Assembly: GCA_045652765.1 (NCBI GenBank)
Contig: JAZOLG010000020.1
Coordinates: 69,633 to 133,632, forward strand
Length of the DNA stretch: 64,000 bases
Direction: 5' to 3'
Source of the DNA: Bacilli bacterium
Lineage (GTDB): Bacteria > Bacillota_I > Bacilli_A > ML615J-28 > CAG-313
Every line of letters starts with the position of its first letter. The stretch's first letter is position 1. A model generated the notes under the pieces. That model made no database searches. It was not told the DNA's origin and was given only the letters and a program-made list of their open reading frames with translations. Of the stretch, positions 55,726 through 64,000 are shown piece by piece. The position numbers and the translations under genes were made by a program.

Positions 55726-56781
55726 ATGTTAGATGTAATTAAAGAAATTTTAACAGACAATAATTTCATAGGTGCAATTTTTTCTGCACTAGCATTTATC
55801 TTTATTGGCTTTATTTTAAGACATAAAAATATTATTACTAAAGATACAAAAAAAGCCTTAACTTTCATATTATTAAATATTACTTTACCAGCAATGGCAT
55901 TTTGTGCTTTTATGACTGATTTTAGTAAAGAATCATTTAAAGAGAATATTTTGGTCTTTTTGTTATCTTTTGTATTTTATGTTTTATTAGTATTTATTGG
56001 TAAAATAATATATATTAAAAAACCAAAAGAAGATCGTAATATATATGCTTTATTTGTTTCGATTGGTCAAATTACTTTCTTTACGATACCAATTCTACAT
56101 GCAATTTATAACGGTATTTCAGAATTTTTAATTCCAGCTAATATGATGACTTTATCATTCAGAATAATGTTATATATATATTGTTACATGAAAATGGCTA
56201 GACTTAAACTAAATAAAGAGAGCTTAAAAGAGTCTTTAAAAAAGATTGCATTAAATCCAATTATGATTTGTATGATAGTTGGTTTGATTATATGGGTAAC
56301 TCAAGGTATAATGCCGAAAGTTACAATTAATTTAAAAGAATATTCAATCTTTAGAATTGATCAAACACTGTCTAGTATATATATGTTTATTAAAATGGCA
56401 TCTAATCTAACAACACCACTTGCGATGATCGTAATTGGATCTATTTTAGGAGATGCTCAAATCAAAGATGCATTACTTGATAAAAATGCTTGGATTAGTG
56501 CGGTATTAAAAACTTTAGTTTTACCACTATTAGTTTTACTAATTATAACAGGGTTACAAGCATTAAAATTAATTCATTTTAATGAATATAGTTTAGCTGT
56601 ATTAGTGTTAGGGTATAGCGCACCTGTATCGGCAGTACTTAGTACATACGCAACAAGATTTAAAAATCATGATCAAATGGCAGGAAGAGTTTGCCTATTA
56701 TCGATTATTTTAAGTGTAATAGCCTTCCCACTATTATTTATCTTAGTTAAATATTTTTCAACGTTTAGTATATTTATGTAA
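55726..56781 (+). CDS. AEC (auxin efflux carrier) family transporter
   Basis: 351 aa with about 10 TMs. The N-terminal pattern (FIFIGFILRHKNIITKDTKKALTFILLNITLPAMAF) is typical of AEC permeases. Confidence 0.6.
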   Translation: MLDVIKEILTDNNFIGAIFSALAFIFIGFILRHKNIITKDTKKALTFILLNITLPAMAFCAFMTDFSKESFKENILVFLLSFVFYVLLVFIGKIIYIKKPKEDRNIYALFVSIGQITFFTIPILHAIYNGISEFLIPANMMTLSFRIMLYIYCYMKMARLKLNKESLKESLKKIALNPIMICMIVGLIIWVTQGIMPKVTINLKEYSIFRIDQTLSSIYMFIKMASNLTTPLAMIVIGSILGDAQIKDALLDKNAWISAVLKTLVLPLLVLLIITGLQALKLIHFNEYSLAVLVLGYSAPVSAVLSTYATRFKNHDQMAGRVCLLSIILSVIAFPLLFILVKYFSTFSIFM

Positions 56782-56784
56782 AAA

Positions 56785-56820
56785 AAGAACGCTGACAGTT
56801 ATTCTGTCGACGTTCTTTTT
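56785..56820. terminator. Bidirectional terminator between convergent genes
   Basis: AAGAACGCTGACAG / CTGTCGACGTTCTT imperfect stem flanked by an A-run and a T-run. Confidence 0.7.
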
Positions 56821-56866
56821 ATTTTATAAAAGTTAGGTAAAATAATTATAAAATTTACTTTAATAT

Positions 56867-57475
56867 TTACTTCTTCAATACTTTCTTACACCAAGATCGT
56901 TTATTGCATTTAGGGCACTTCAAATATCTTGTAGTTCCTCTGTGCATTGCGTTAAGCACTTGTTTATATGTTGGCACTATTTCGTAACCACAGTGTTTAC
57001 ATTTATAGGCGCCTACACTAACTTCAAGTTTTAATGCATAAAAACATGGTATTAAAAAAACTACACAAAGCGAAAGTATTGCGACAAGCATCCAAGGACC
57101 TTCTTCCATAAAACATGCAATAAGTGCTAAACCTCCAATTAATCCAACAATACTAACGCTCATGATTATCCACATTGCATTCCAGATAATTTTATTTTTC
57201 TTTTCTATTTCTTTGGCCATATCAAGTAATAGTAATTCATTATTTGTTTCGTTGTTTTCCATATTGTTTTTCTCTCCTGTTAATAATTCATTTACGGTGA
57301 TTCCAAGAATATCACAAAGTTCTAGCATAATCGATGTATCAGGCATAGCAATCCCACGTTCCCATTTTGATATTGCTTTATCAGTGATACCAAGTTTTTC
57401 TGAAAGTTGTAGTTGTGTTATATTTATTTTTTTTCTTCTTTCAGCAATAAATTTTCCAATCTTAATTTGATCCAT
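56867..57475 (-). CDS. XRE family HTH regulator fused to two TMs and a C-terminal CxxC...CxxC zinc ribbon
   Basis: HTH IGKFIAERRKKINITQLQLSEKLGITDKAISKWERG. Two hydrophobic helices. CKHCGYE...CPKCNKRSWC at the C-terminus. Confidence 0.75.
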   Translation of the reverse strand: MDQIKIGKFIAERRKKINITQLQLSEKLGITDKAISKWERGIAMPDTSIMLELCDILGITVNELLTGEKNNMENNETNNELLLLDMAKEIEKKNKIIWNAMWIIMSVSIVGLIGGLALIACFMEEGPWMLVAILSLCVVFLIPCFYALKLEVSVGAYKCKHCGYEIVPTYKQVLNAMHRGTTRYLKCPKCNKRSWCKKVLKK

Positions 57476-57614
57476 AGTTACCCTCCTTCGTATATATTAT
57501 AGCCTGTTTATTTAAAAATGTACACCTACCGGTGGTTTAGTAGTGAAAAATTTTTCATTAATTGTCTGTGTAGTTAGATATATTTTCTGATATTATGTTC
57601 CTCACATTAATTAT

Positions 57615-57650
57615 AACATAAAATGGCAGAGATATACTTTACTCTGCCAT
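57615..57650 (-). terminator. Rho-independent terminator after trpS
   Basis: On the minus strand: ATGGCAGAG / CTCTGCCAT stem followed by TTTTATGTT. Confidence 0.7.
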
Positions 57651-57700
57651 TCATATAAACCAATTTTTATATTTCATTGATACCATTAGAAGGAAGTTTA

Positions 57701-58708
<1,008 letters not shown>

Positions 58709-58713
58709 CTAAT

Positions 58714-58928
58714 AAAAAAAGTCCTTAGGTCAAAAAAACCTAAGGACGAATATCTCGTGGTGCCACCTTAATTTAGCTTAAAAAATTTAAGCCCTCAATC
58801 TGTTAACGCCAGAGTACGGAATTACTTCACATCATAAGTCCCATTCATTAAAGACGCCTTATAGCATTCCCACTATCTGCTACTCACTTTTAATTAAATC
58901 TTTAATTACTATTCTTAATCTTTTGCTT
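58714..58928 (-). promoter_or_regulatory. T-box leader (Trp specifier) controlling trpS
   Basis: Minus strand: T-box sequence AAGGTGGCACCACGAG (58754-58769). Terminator GTCCTTAGG/CCTAAGGAC plus T7 (58714-58747). Candidate specifier UGG in GAAUGGGAC (58841-58843). Stem I-like AGTGAGTAGCAGATAGTGGGAATGC. Confidence 0.85.
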
Positions 58929-58934
58929 TAGTAT

Positions 58935-58963
58935 ATTATATATTTAATTTTATAAAAAGTCAA
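58935..58963 (-). promoter_or_regulatory. Promoter of the trpS T-box leader
   Basis: Minus strand: TTGACT (58958-58963), 17-bp spacer, TATAAT (58935-58940). Confidence 0.7.
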
Positions 58964-58966
58964 GAT

Positions 58967-60343
58967 TTACGCTAAACCAGATTTTTGTCGATACCAATTT
59001 TTTAAATAGATTCCCCATTCTCTTAAATTATCATCTGATACATCATCCATAATAGAGCTATATTTCTTAAATATTGAAGAAGAACATGCACTATTTGATA
59101 TGTTCCAAGCTACATAACTTATGTTTCTAGAATCTAAAACTGTTTTCCAAGCATCACCATTAGTTGTACTTATTGGACCATCACCATCAGAATTCATAAA
59201 GCCAAATTCACTAATAAACACTGGAAAACCAGCATCATAGGCGTTTTCTACTTGGGTAGTACGTCGATGATCTCTTGCGTAAAAATGATATGTGTACATA
59301 ATATTATCATATCCTACAAGTGGATCTTTCATAACAGAATTTAAATCGGCAGTCCAACGTGGATTTCCGACTAATATTATTCCATCTGAATTCGAACGAA
59401 TACATGGAATGATTTCATTTGCATATTTTTTACAGTCTGCCCAAGTTGTTGATCCGTTTGGTTCATTCATAATTTCAAATAAAATATTATCTTGATCTTT
59501 GTAATAGTTAGATATATAACTAAAAAACTCTTTTGATTCTTCTAAATATGTTAATGGGTTTTTATCTAATGGATCGATTGCTCCAACCATATGCCAGTCA
59601 ACAATAACATATAAACCGAGTTTTGTTGCGGCATCGATTCCTTCATGTAAATCTTCAAGCATTTGTTTTTTCACAATTTCTCCACCAGTACAATAACCAG
59701 CCTCAGACGTAGTTAAAGCAAAACGCACTATATTAATACCAAATTCACTTGTGATAGCCGCAAGCGTATTAAGATTACAATATTGTCCAAACCATTGTAT
59801 ACCATGGGTACTTAATCCATACAATTGAAACTTTTCGCCATATTGATTAACAAGATCAGGTCCAACAACACTTAATTTGCCATTATAATGATAATTATTA
59901 GAAAGGTATGTATAACTTTTAATAACTTCATCACATCTGCCACAGTGTAAATCTCTTGATCCAATTGTTGATGCGCTAGGTAAAGCAGTTATATTTAGTT
60001 TACCATTGATGTGACCGAGTGAATTAGTAGTTGTCTCATAACTATAAGCACACTTTTTACAAGTATGTTTTTCTAAACCATTTTCAGTACAAGTTGGCTC
60101 AGATAAAACTTGAATATCATATTCATGGTAATTCATATAAGTTTCTTCAGTCAAAATTGAATTACAAATTAAACACATTTGAACGCGCTTATTTCTCCCA
60201 CAAACAATTGGTTCTACATCTTGCCAATCAGAAACATTTTGTTCACAAATATGTTTGCTATCATCTGGAACATTTGGTTCATTACAACCAATTAACAAAC
60301 ATCCAAAATAAAATAAAAAACAAATAATAAAAAATTTTTTCAA
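58967..60343 (-). CDS. Glycoside hydrolase family 5 lipoprotein with N-terminal Cys-rich modules
   Basis: Lipobox CLLIGC. GH5 acid/base FEIMNEPNG and nucleophile VFISEFG. The first 130 mature residues or so carry three H...C...CxxC modules. Confidence 0.8.
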   Translation of the reverse strand: MKKFFIICFLFYFGCLLIGCNEPNVPDDSKHICEQNVSDWQDVEPIVCGRNKRVQMCLICNSILTEETYMNYHEYDIQVLSEPTCTENGLEKHTCKKCAYSYETTTNSLGHINGKLNITALPSASTIGSRDLHCGRCDEVIKSYTYLSNNYHYNGKLSVVGPDLVNQYGEKFQLYGLSTHGIQWFGQYCNLNTLAAITSEFGINIVRFALTTSEAGYCTGGEIVKKQMLEDLHEGIDAATKLGLYVIVDWHMVGAIDPLDKNPLTYLEESKEFFSYISNYYKDQDNILFEIMNEPNGSTTWADCKKYANEIIPCIRSNSDGIILVGNPRWTADLNSVMKDPLVGYDNIMYTYHFYARDHRRTTQVENAYDAGFPVFISEFGFMNSDGDGPISTTNGDAWKTVLDSRNISYVAWNISNSACSSSIFKKYSSIMDDVSDDNLREWGIYLKNWYRQKSGLA

Positions 60344-60475
60344 TTTAGTTTATATCCTTTCCAGAATTTTCCCTCATATATATAATTAGTATAACAAATA
60401 AAAGAAACATTGTCAAAATATTTTTTTTAAAAAATAAAAAAAATTACTAAAGTTTAGTAAATTTCAAAAAAACTC

Positions 60476-60504
60476 TTGCTATTTGTTGAAAAATATGATA
60501 AAAT
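60476..60504 (+). promoter_or_regulatory. Promoter of spx
   Basis: TTGCTA (60476-60481), 17-bp spacer, TGaTAAAAT (60496-60504). Confidence 0.5.
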
Positions 60505-60545
60505 AGAAAAGTAAGAAGATATATATAGTATTGGAGGCGAATTCA

Positions 60546-60953
60546 GTGATTCAAATATACACAACACCAAGCTGCGCATCATGTAGAAAAGCCAAAAAAT
60601 GGTTTGATCAATATAAAATACCATATTCAGAAAAAAATATATTTAGCATCAAACTTAGTAAAGAAGATATTTTTAAAATGTTAGCTAATAGTGAAAATGG
60701 CTTTGAAGATATTATTTCTACAAGATCTAAAGTTTTTAAAGAAAAACATTTAGAACCAGATAATATGTCTATTCATGAGTTAGTAAACTTCATTATTGAA
60801 AATCCTAGTGTTTTAAAAAGACCAATCATAATTAATGAAAATGAATTACAAGTAGGCTATAACAATGAAGATATCACAATATTCTTACCAAAAGAATTAA
60901 GAAATCGTGAATGCTTCAGTGGATTTGATAATAACTCATTAGAAGATGAATAA
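60546..60953 (+). CDS. spx: Spx/ArsC family redox-sensing transcriptional regulator
   Basis: IQIYTTPSCASCRKAKKWFDQYKIPYSEKNI with the CxxC redox motif. I prefer the GTG at 60546 (GGAGG 8 nt upstream) over the tracked TTG at 60531. Confidence 0.85.
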   Translation: MIQIYTTPSCASCRKAKKWFDQYKIPYSEKNIFSIKLSKEDIFKMLANSENGFEDIISTRSKVFKEKHLEPDNMSIHELVNFIIENPSVLKRPIIINENELQVGYNNEDITIFLPKELRNRECFSGFDNNSLEDE

Positions 60954-60966
60954 AAAAGAAAAGAGC

Positions 60967-61545
60967 TTATTGACGCTTTAAAGCGTTGTAAGCTCTTTTA
61001 ATTTTAGTTTCACCTTTTTTATAAATAATACCAAGTTCTTTAACTGTTTCAACAAAATCTTTTTTACCAAGATCTCTTGTTGATGCTTGGAATTCAAGTT
61101 CATAATCTGTTTCTCCAAGGTATTCGCATTTATCAATCGCAAGAACACCATGCTTGTGCGGGAAGAAAATTCTAAATGTTGATAAACTCATATAGTTAAC
61201 AATTTTCTGTCCTTTTATAAGTTCACCAATTTCTGCTTGAATTTCAAGAGATGGAATAACACCTTCAGTAACAAATTTATTAAATTCTTCTTCAGTAATA
61301 AAATTTGTAAGTTCTACTTTTGTATATCCTTTTTTTCTTCTTAAAGTAATTTCATAACGTTCACGTTTTCTAACACGAAGAACAACTTCAGCTGCTTTTA
61401 ATGTAAAACGTGAAGTATCAAAGTAGTAATTAATTTGTAAGTTTGAAGGTTTATCATTATACATTTCTGCAAGTTTATTATATTCATTTTTTGACAATAA
61501 TGTTCTAAATGAAACTTCTAATTCTTTCGCCATAAGTGCCTCCAT
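60967..61545 (-). CDS. CYTH domain protein (YjbK-like triphosphatase fold)
   Basis: ELEVSFRTLLSKNEYNKL start, alternating charged beta-strands (EVVLRVRKR, YEITLRRKK, YELEFQ). About 190 aa. The start may be the ATG at 61533. Confidence 0.65.
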   Translation of the reverse strand: MEALMAKELEVSFRTLLSKNEYNKLAEMYNDKPSNLQINYYFDTSRFTLKAAEVVLRVRKRERYEITLRRKKGYTKVELTNFITEEEFNKFVTEGVIPSLEIQAEIGELIKGQKIVNYMSLSTFRIFFPHKHGVLAIDKCEYLGETDYELEFQASTRDLGKKDFVETVKELGIIYKKGETKIKRAYNALKRQ

Positions 61546-61646
61546 TTTTAACTACTTGTATTATACACGAAAACTTTTAAAAATCAAGTATATGTATAAA
61601 AAAACCAAAAAATGTCAAAAAGTGATATAATATTAGTGGTGATAGA

Positions 61647-62486
61647 ATGATATTAAAATATAACATAGAAAACGATATAACAATTAAAGAATATTTAGAT
61701 AAAAGAATAACTCAAAGGCTTTTTAAAGTTTTAAGCAATAATCCCAATAGTTTTATTGTTAATAATCAAATTGTAAAAAACTATTACTTATTAAAAGCGG
61801 GTGATACTTTAGAAATAGTTATACCTGTTATTGATTCTTCCCATATTATACCTACTAATAAAAAATTCGAAATACTTTATGAAGATGAATATTTATTAAT
61901 AATTGATAAAGAAAAGGATATTGCAAGTATTCCTACTAGAAATCATTATACTAATTCACTTGCTAATTATGTACGTAGTTATTATTTACAAAAAGGAATT
62001 TCATCAGGAATTCATTTTGTTAATAGACTAGATATGGCAACATCTGGTATTATTGTGGTTGCGAAAAACATATATATAGCAGAGATAATGAAAGAAGCTA
62101 TCTTAACTAAAAAATATATATTACTAGTTCATGGAAATATTCAAGAAAATGGTAAGATTATAACTGGTATTGAAAAAGAAGAAGGAAGTATTATTAAAAG
62201 AACTATAAGTAGTAAAAATAATGCCATTACAACATATGAAGTTATTCAAGAATTTAGTGATAAAACATTAATTAACGCAACACTTGTAACTGGCAAGACT
62301 CATCAACTAAGAGTACATTTTTCATCTATTGATCATCCTATTGTTGGTGATAAATTATATGGAAACGATGATGAAAGTTTTTTACATCTTCATAGTGCAT
62401 TTTTGGAATTTATCCATCCAATAACAAAAAAAAGAGTAGAAATTACTTCTACTCCTTCATGGAACTTTTTAGAATCTGATCGATAA
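61647..62486 (+). CDS. RluA family pseudouridine synthase
   Basis: Catalytic [17 protein letters not shown] motif and GKTHQLRVH motif. N-terminal S4-like region. Confidence 0.85.
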   Translation: MILKYNIENDITIKEYLDKRITQRLFKVLSNNPNSFIVNNQIVKNYYLLKAGDTLEIVIPVIDSSHIIPTNKKFEILYEDEYLLIIDKEKDIASIPTRNHYTNSLANYVRSYYLQKGISSGIHFVNRLDMATSGIIVVAKNIYIAEIMKEAILTKKYILLVHGNIQENGKIITGIEKEEGSIIKRTISSKNNAITTYEVIQEFSDKTLINATLVTGKTHQLRVHFSSIDHPIVGDKLYGNDDESFLHLHSAFLEFIHPITKKRVEITSTPSWNFLESDR

Positions 62487-63030
62487 TTCCATATGATTTT
62501 GCTTCCGAGGCTGTCATATAGAAATCGCGTTCAGAATCAGCTTCAATTTTGTCTATAGATTGTTTTGTCTTAAAGGCTAATATTTCATTTAGCCTTTTTT
62601 TCGTTTTAATAATTTCTTCAGCAACAATCATAATATCACTTGCCTGACCTTCACTTTTGCCAAGTGGTTGATGAATCATTATTTTAGTATTTTCAAGAGC
62701 ATAACGTTTATTACCAGTAGCAAGTAAAAAAGCACCTAGGCTTGCGCATAAACCCATGCCAATAGTAATAACTTCACATTTAATATAATTGATGACATCA
62801 TAAATTGCAAGGCCTGCAGTAACTGAACCACCTGGTGAGTTAATGTAAATATAGATAGCATCAGTCGATGTACTTTCTAAATATAGCATTTGTGCAATCA
62901 CACTAGCAGATGTTAAATCATTGATTTCACCAAAAATTAAAATAATTCGATCTTGTAAAAGTCTAGAATAAATATCATAGCTTCTTTCACCACGCGATGT
63001 TTTTTCAATAACATAAGGTGTTAAGTTCAT
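62449..63030 (-). CDS. clpP: ATP-dependent Clp protease proteolytic subunit
   Basis: [27 protein letters not shown], active-site context [11 protein letters not shown] and IMIHQPLG. 193 aa. The 3' end overlaps the convergent rluA-family gene by 38 nt. Confidence 0.95.
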   Translation of the reverse strand: MNLTPYVIEKTSRGERSYDIYSRLLQDRIILIFGEINDLTSASVIAQMLYLESTSTDAIYIYINSPGGSVTAGLAIYDVINYIKCEVITIGMGLCASLGAFLLATGNKRYALENTKIMIHQPLGKSEGQASDIMIVAEEIIKTKKRLNEILAFKTKQSIDKIEADSERDFYMTASEAKSYGIIDQILKSSMKE

Positions 63031-63143
63031 ATATATACCTCCACATAAATTATATATATATTAAGTGTAAAAAAATATCATAATTTGGTAATAACACAAA
63101 CAAATTATAAATACAAGAATAGATTAATATAGGAGGTGAAAAA

Positions 63144-63425
63144 ATGAATAATCAATTTGGCTTTCCAAATTTCATGAACAATCAAAATAACAACAACAAT
63201 CAATGTTGTAAACCAGAATGTCCTACAATCTATAAAGAATGTCCACCAATTATGACATGTTCTAAACAAGTAATTGATCAATATCATGTTACAAAACAAC
63301 CATATATTCATACATATCATACTGAAGTTGTACATCATCATGTTGTAGAAAATGAATTTATTCCTAAATTCACATGTAGTGAAGTTCATGTTAATGAACC
63401 AACTGTTTGTCGTAATCAAGGGTAA
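63144..63425 (+). CDS. Small Cys/His-rich protein, tentatively CotD-like (inner spore coat protein D family)
   Basis: AGGAGGTG RBS. 93 aa. The pattern HVTKQPYIHTYHTEVVHHHVVENEFIP resembles the His/Thr/Val-rich CotD repeats as I recall them. The N-terminus is Asn-rich and CC-containing. Confidence 0.4.
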   Translation: MNNQFGFPNFMNNQNNNNNQCCKPECPTIYKECPPIMTCSKQVIDQYHVTKQPYIHTYHTEVVHHHVVENEFIPKFTCSEVHVNEPTVCRNQG

Positions 63426-63429
63426 TAGA

Positions 63430-63454
63430 AAAGGTCCAGAAAATGGACCTTTTT
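63430..63454 (+). terminator. Rho-independent terminator
   Basis: AAGGTCCA / TGGACCTT stem, 5-nt loop, T6. Confidence 0.85.
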
Positions 63455-63518
63455 TCTACAATTATAAAGCTACGGTTTAATTTCTAGACATATAACTACG
63501 GCTTTTTTACACTATTAG

Positions 63519-63547
63519 TTGTAAAACTTATAAAAAAATAGTATAAT
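63519..63547 (+). promoter_or_regulatory. Promoter of the terminal lipoprotein gene
   Basis: TTGTAA (63519-63524), 17-bp spacer, TATAAT (63542-63547). Confidence 0.5.
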
Positions 63548-63605
63548 AAGTAAGAAAAGAGATGTAAAAAAAGGTATACCTTTTTATACTAAATTGGAGG
63601 AAAAT

Positions 63606-64000
63606 ATGAAAAGAATTAAACTAGTTGTCTTTTTTATTCTTGGTTTATTCATGCTAACATCATGTGGCAGTTTAAATCATGAAAGCTTCCCAAGTGGACC
63701 TCAAATTGAGGAGCCAGGAAATCCTGAAAATCCAGGTGGGGAAGTATCTAGTTATTTAATTACTTATTATGAAAACGGCTTAAAAGTACATCAAGAAAAA
63801 CTTGAAAGTGGTAAGGCGCTTCCACAAGTGAACGCAACAAAAATGCCACTTGGTCAAGAATTCAAAGGGTGGTCTTTATCTAAAGAAGAATATATACCTG
63901 TTGATTTTGATGTAATGCCAGATGCTGATGTAGATCTATATGCATTTTACCAAAATGTAAAATATACAATTACATTTAATGCAAATATTGATTTACCAGA
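63606..64000 (+). CDS. Lipoprotein with Listeria-Bacteroides (Flg_new-type) repeat, 3' end cut by window edge
   Basis: Absent from the ORF track because no stop is reached. GGAGG RBS and ATG at 63606. My translation is MKRIKLVVFFILGLFMLTSCGS... (lipobox LTSC), then YLITYYENG...LPQVNATKMPLGQEFKGWSL...YAFYQNVKYTITFNAN, typical of that repeat. Confidence 0.65.
   Translation, partial: MKRIKLVVFFILGLFMLTSCGSLNHESFPSGPQIEEPGNPENPGGEVSSYLITYYENGLKVHQEKLESGKALPQVNATKMPLGQEFKGWSLSKEEYIPVDFDVMPDADVDLYAFYQNVKYTITFNANIDLP

Noticed and set aside
55677-55868. 63-aa minus-strand ORF overlapping the start of the AEC transporter gene.
   Set aside because: It overlaps the 5' end and upstream region of a well-supported plus-strand gene, and no RBS is present.
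63031-63143. Search for a CtsR operator (GGTCAAA direct repeat) upstream of clpP.
   Set aside because: No GGTCAAA/TTTGACC repeat is present in the divergent intergenic region.
63105-63419. 104-aa minus-strand ORF opposite the CotD-like gene.
   Set aside because: The plus-strand ORF has an AGGAGGTG RBS and a downstream terminator in its own orientation. The minus-strand ORF has neither and reads as a hydrophobic shadow frame.
63563-63585. Palindrome AAAAAGGTATACCTTTTT in the 5' UTR of the terminal lipoprotein gene, considered as an attenuator.
   Set aside because: After allowing a minimal loop, only about 5 bp of A/U-rich stem remain. This is too weak to call.

Overview
AT-rich (about 30% G+C by eye) Firmicutes-type chromosome segment read with the standard bacterial code. 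The evidence is GGAGG ribosome-binding sites, TTGACA/TGnTATAAT promoters, a Trp T-box, Spx, ClpP, a CcpA-like regulator and a CotD-like protein. Housekeeping genes flank both ends: a MATE transporter, DUF1292, murC, ccpA-like, tyrS and cysK-like/cysE on the left; trpS with its T-box, spx, a CYTH protein, an rluA-family gene and clpP on the right. The centre (about 6.8-53.7 kb) holds five same-strand operons with about 32 genes, which I read as one integrated peptidoglycan/amino-sugar glycan harvesting and catabolism supercluster. Its parts are: (1) three GHL10 (DigH/YngK-type) glycosidases, two surface-exposed and one cytoplasmic; (2) two tandem NAGPA-type phosphodiester glycosidases; (3) GH20, GH3 NagZ, NamZ (DUF1343), MupG (DUF871), a BadF-type sugar kinase, AnmK, MurQ and NagB; (4) an AmiE-like serine hydrolase, an M19 dipeptidase, a PIG-L deacetylase and two double-GNAT proteins; (5) two CUT1-type ABC permease pairs with two binding proteins but no ATPase. 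Inside the 23-kb central operon sits an uncharacterised envelope module: a giant CBM-bearing binding protein, an NHL/TPR propeller, a Yip1 protein, a DUF5696-like protein and YesL. All five Sec-exported enzymes of the locus share a C-terminal tail (Gly-rich segment, Cys, hydrophobic helix, KRRK-type end) that looks like an undescribed sorting signal. Three of them also carry HxHEFxxGxCxCGE mini-repeats just before the tail. No CRISPR array, tRNA/rRNA gene, transposase or integrase was seen. Family assignments come from motif recognition by eye and need HMM confirmation.
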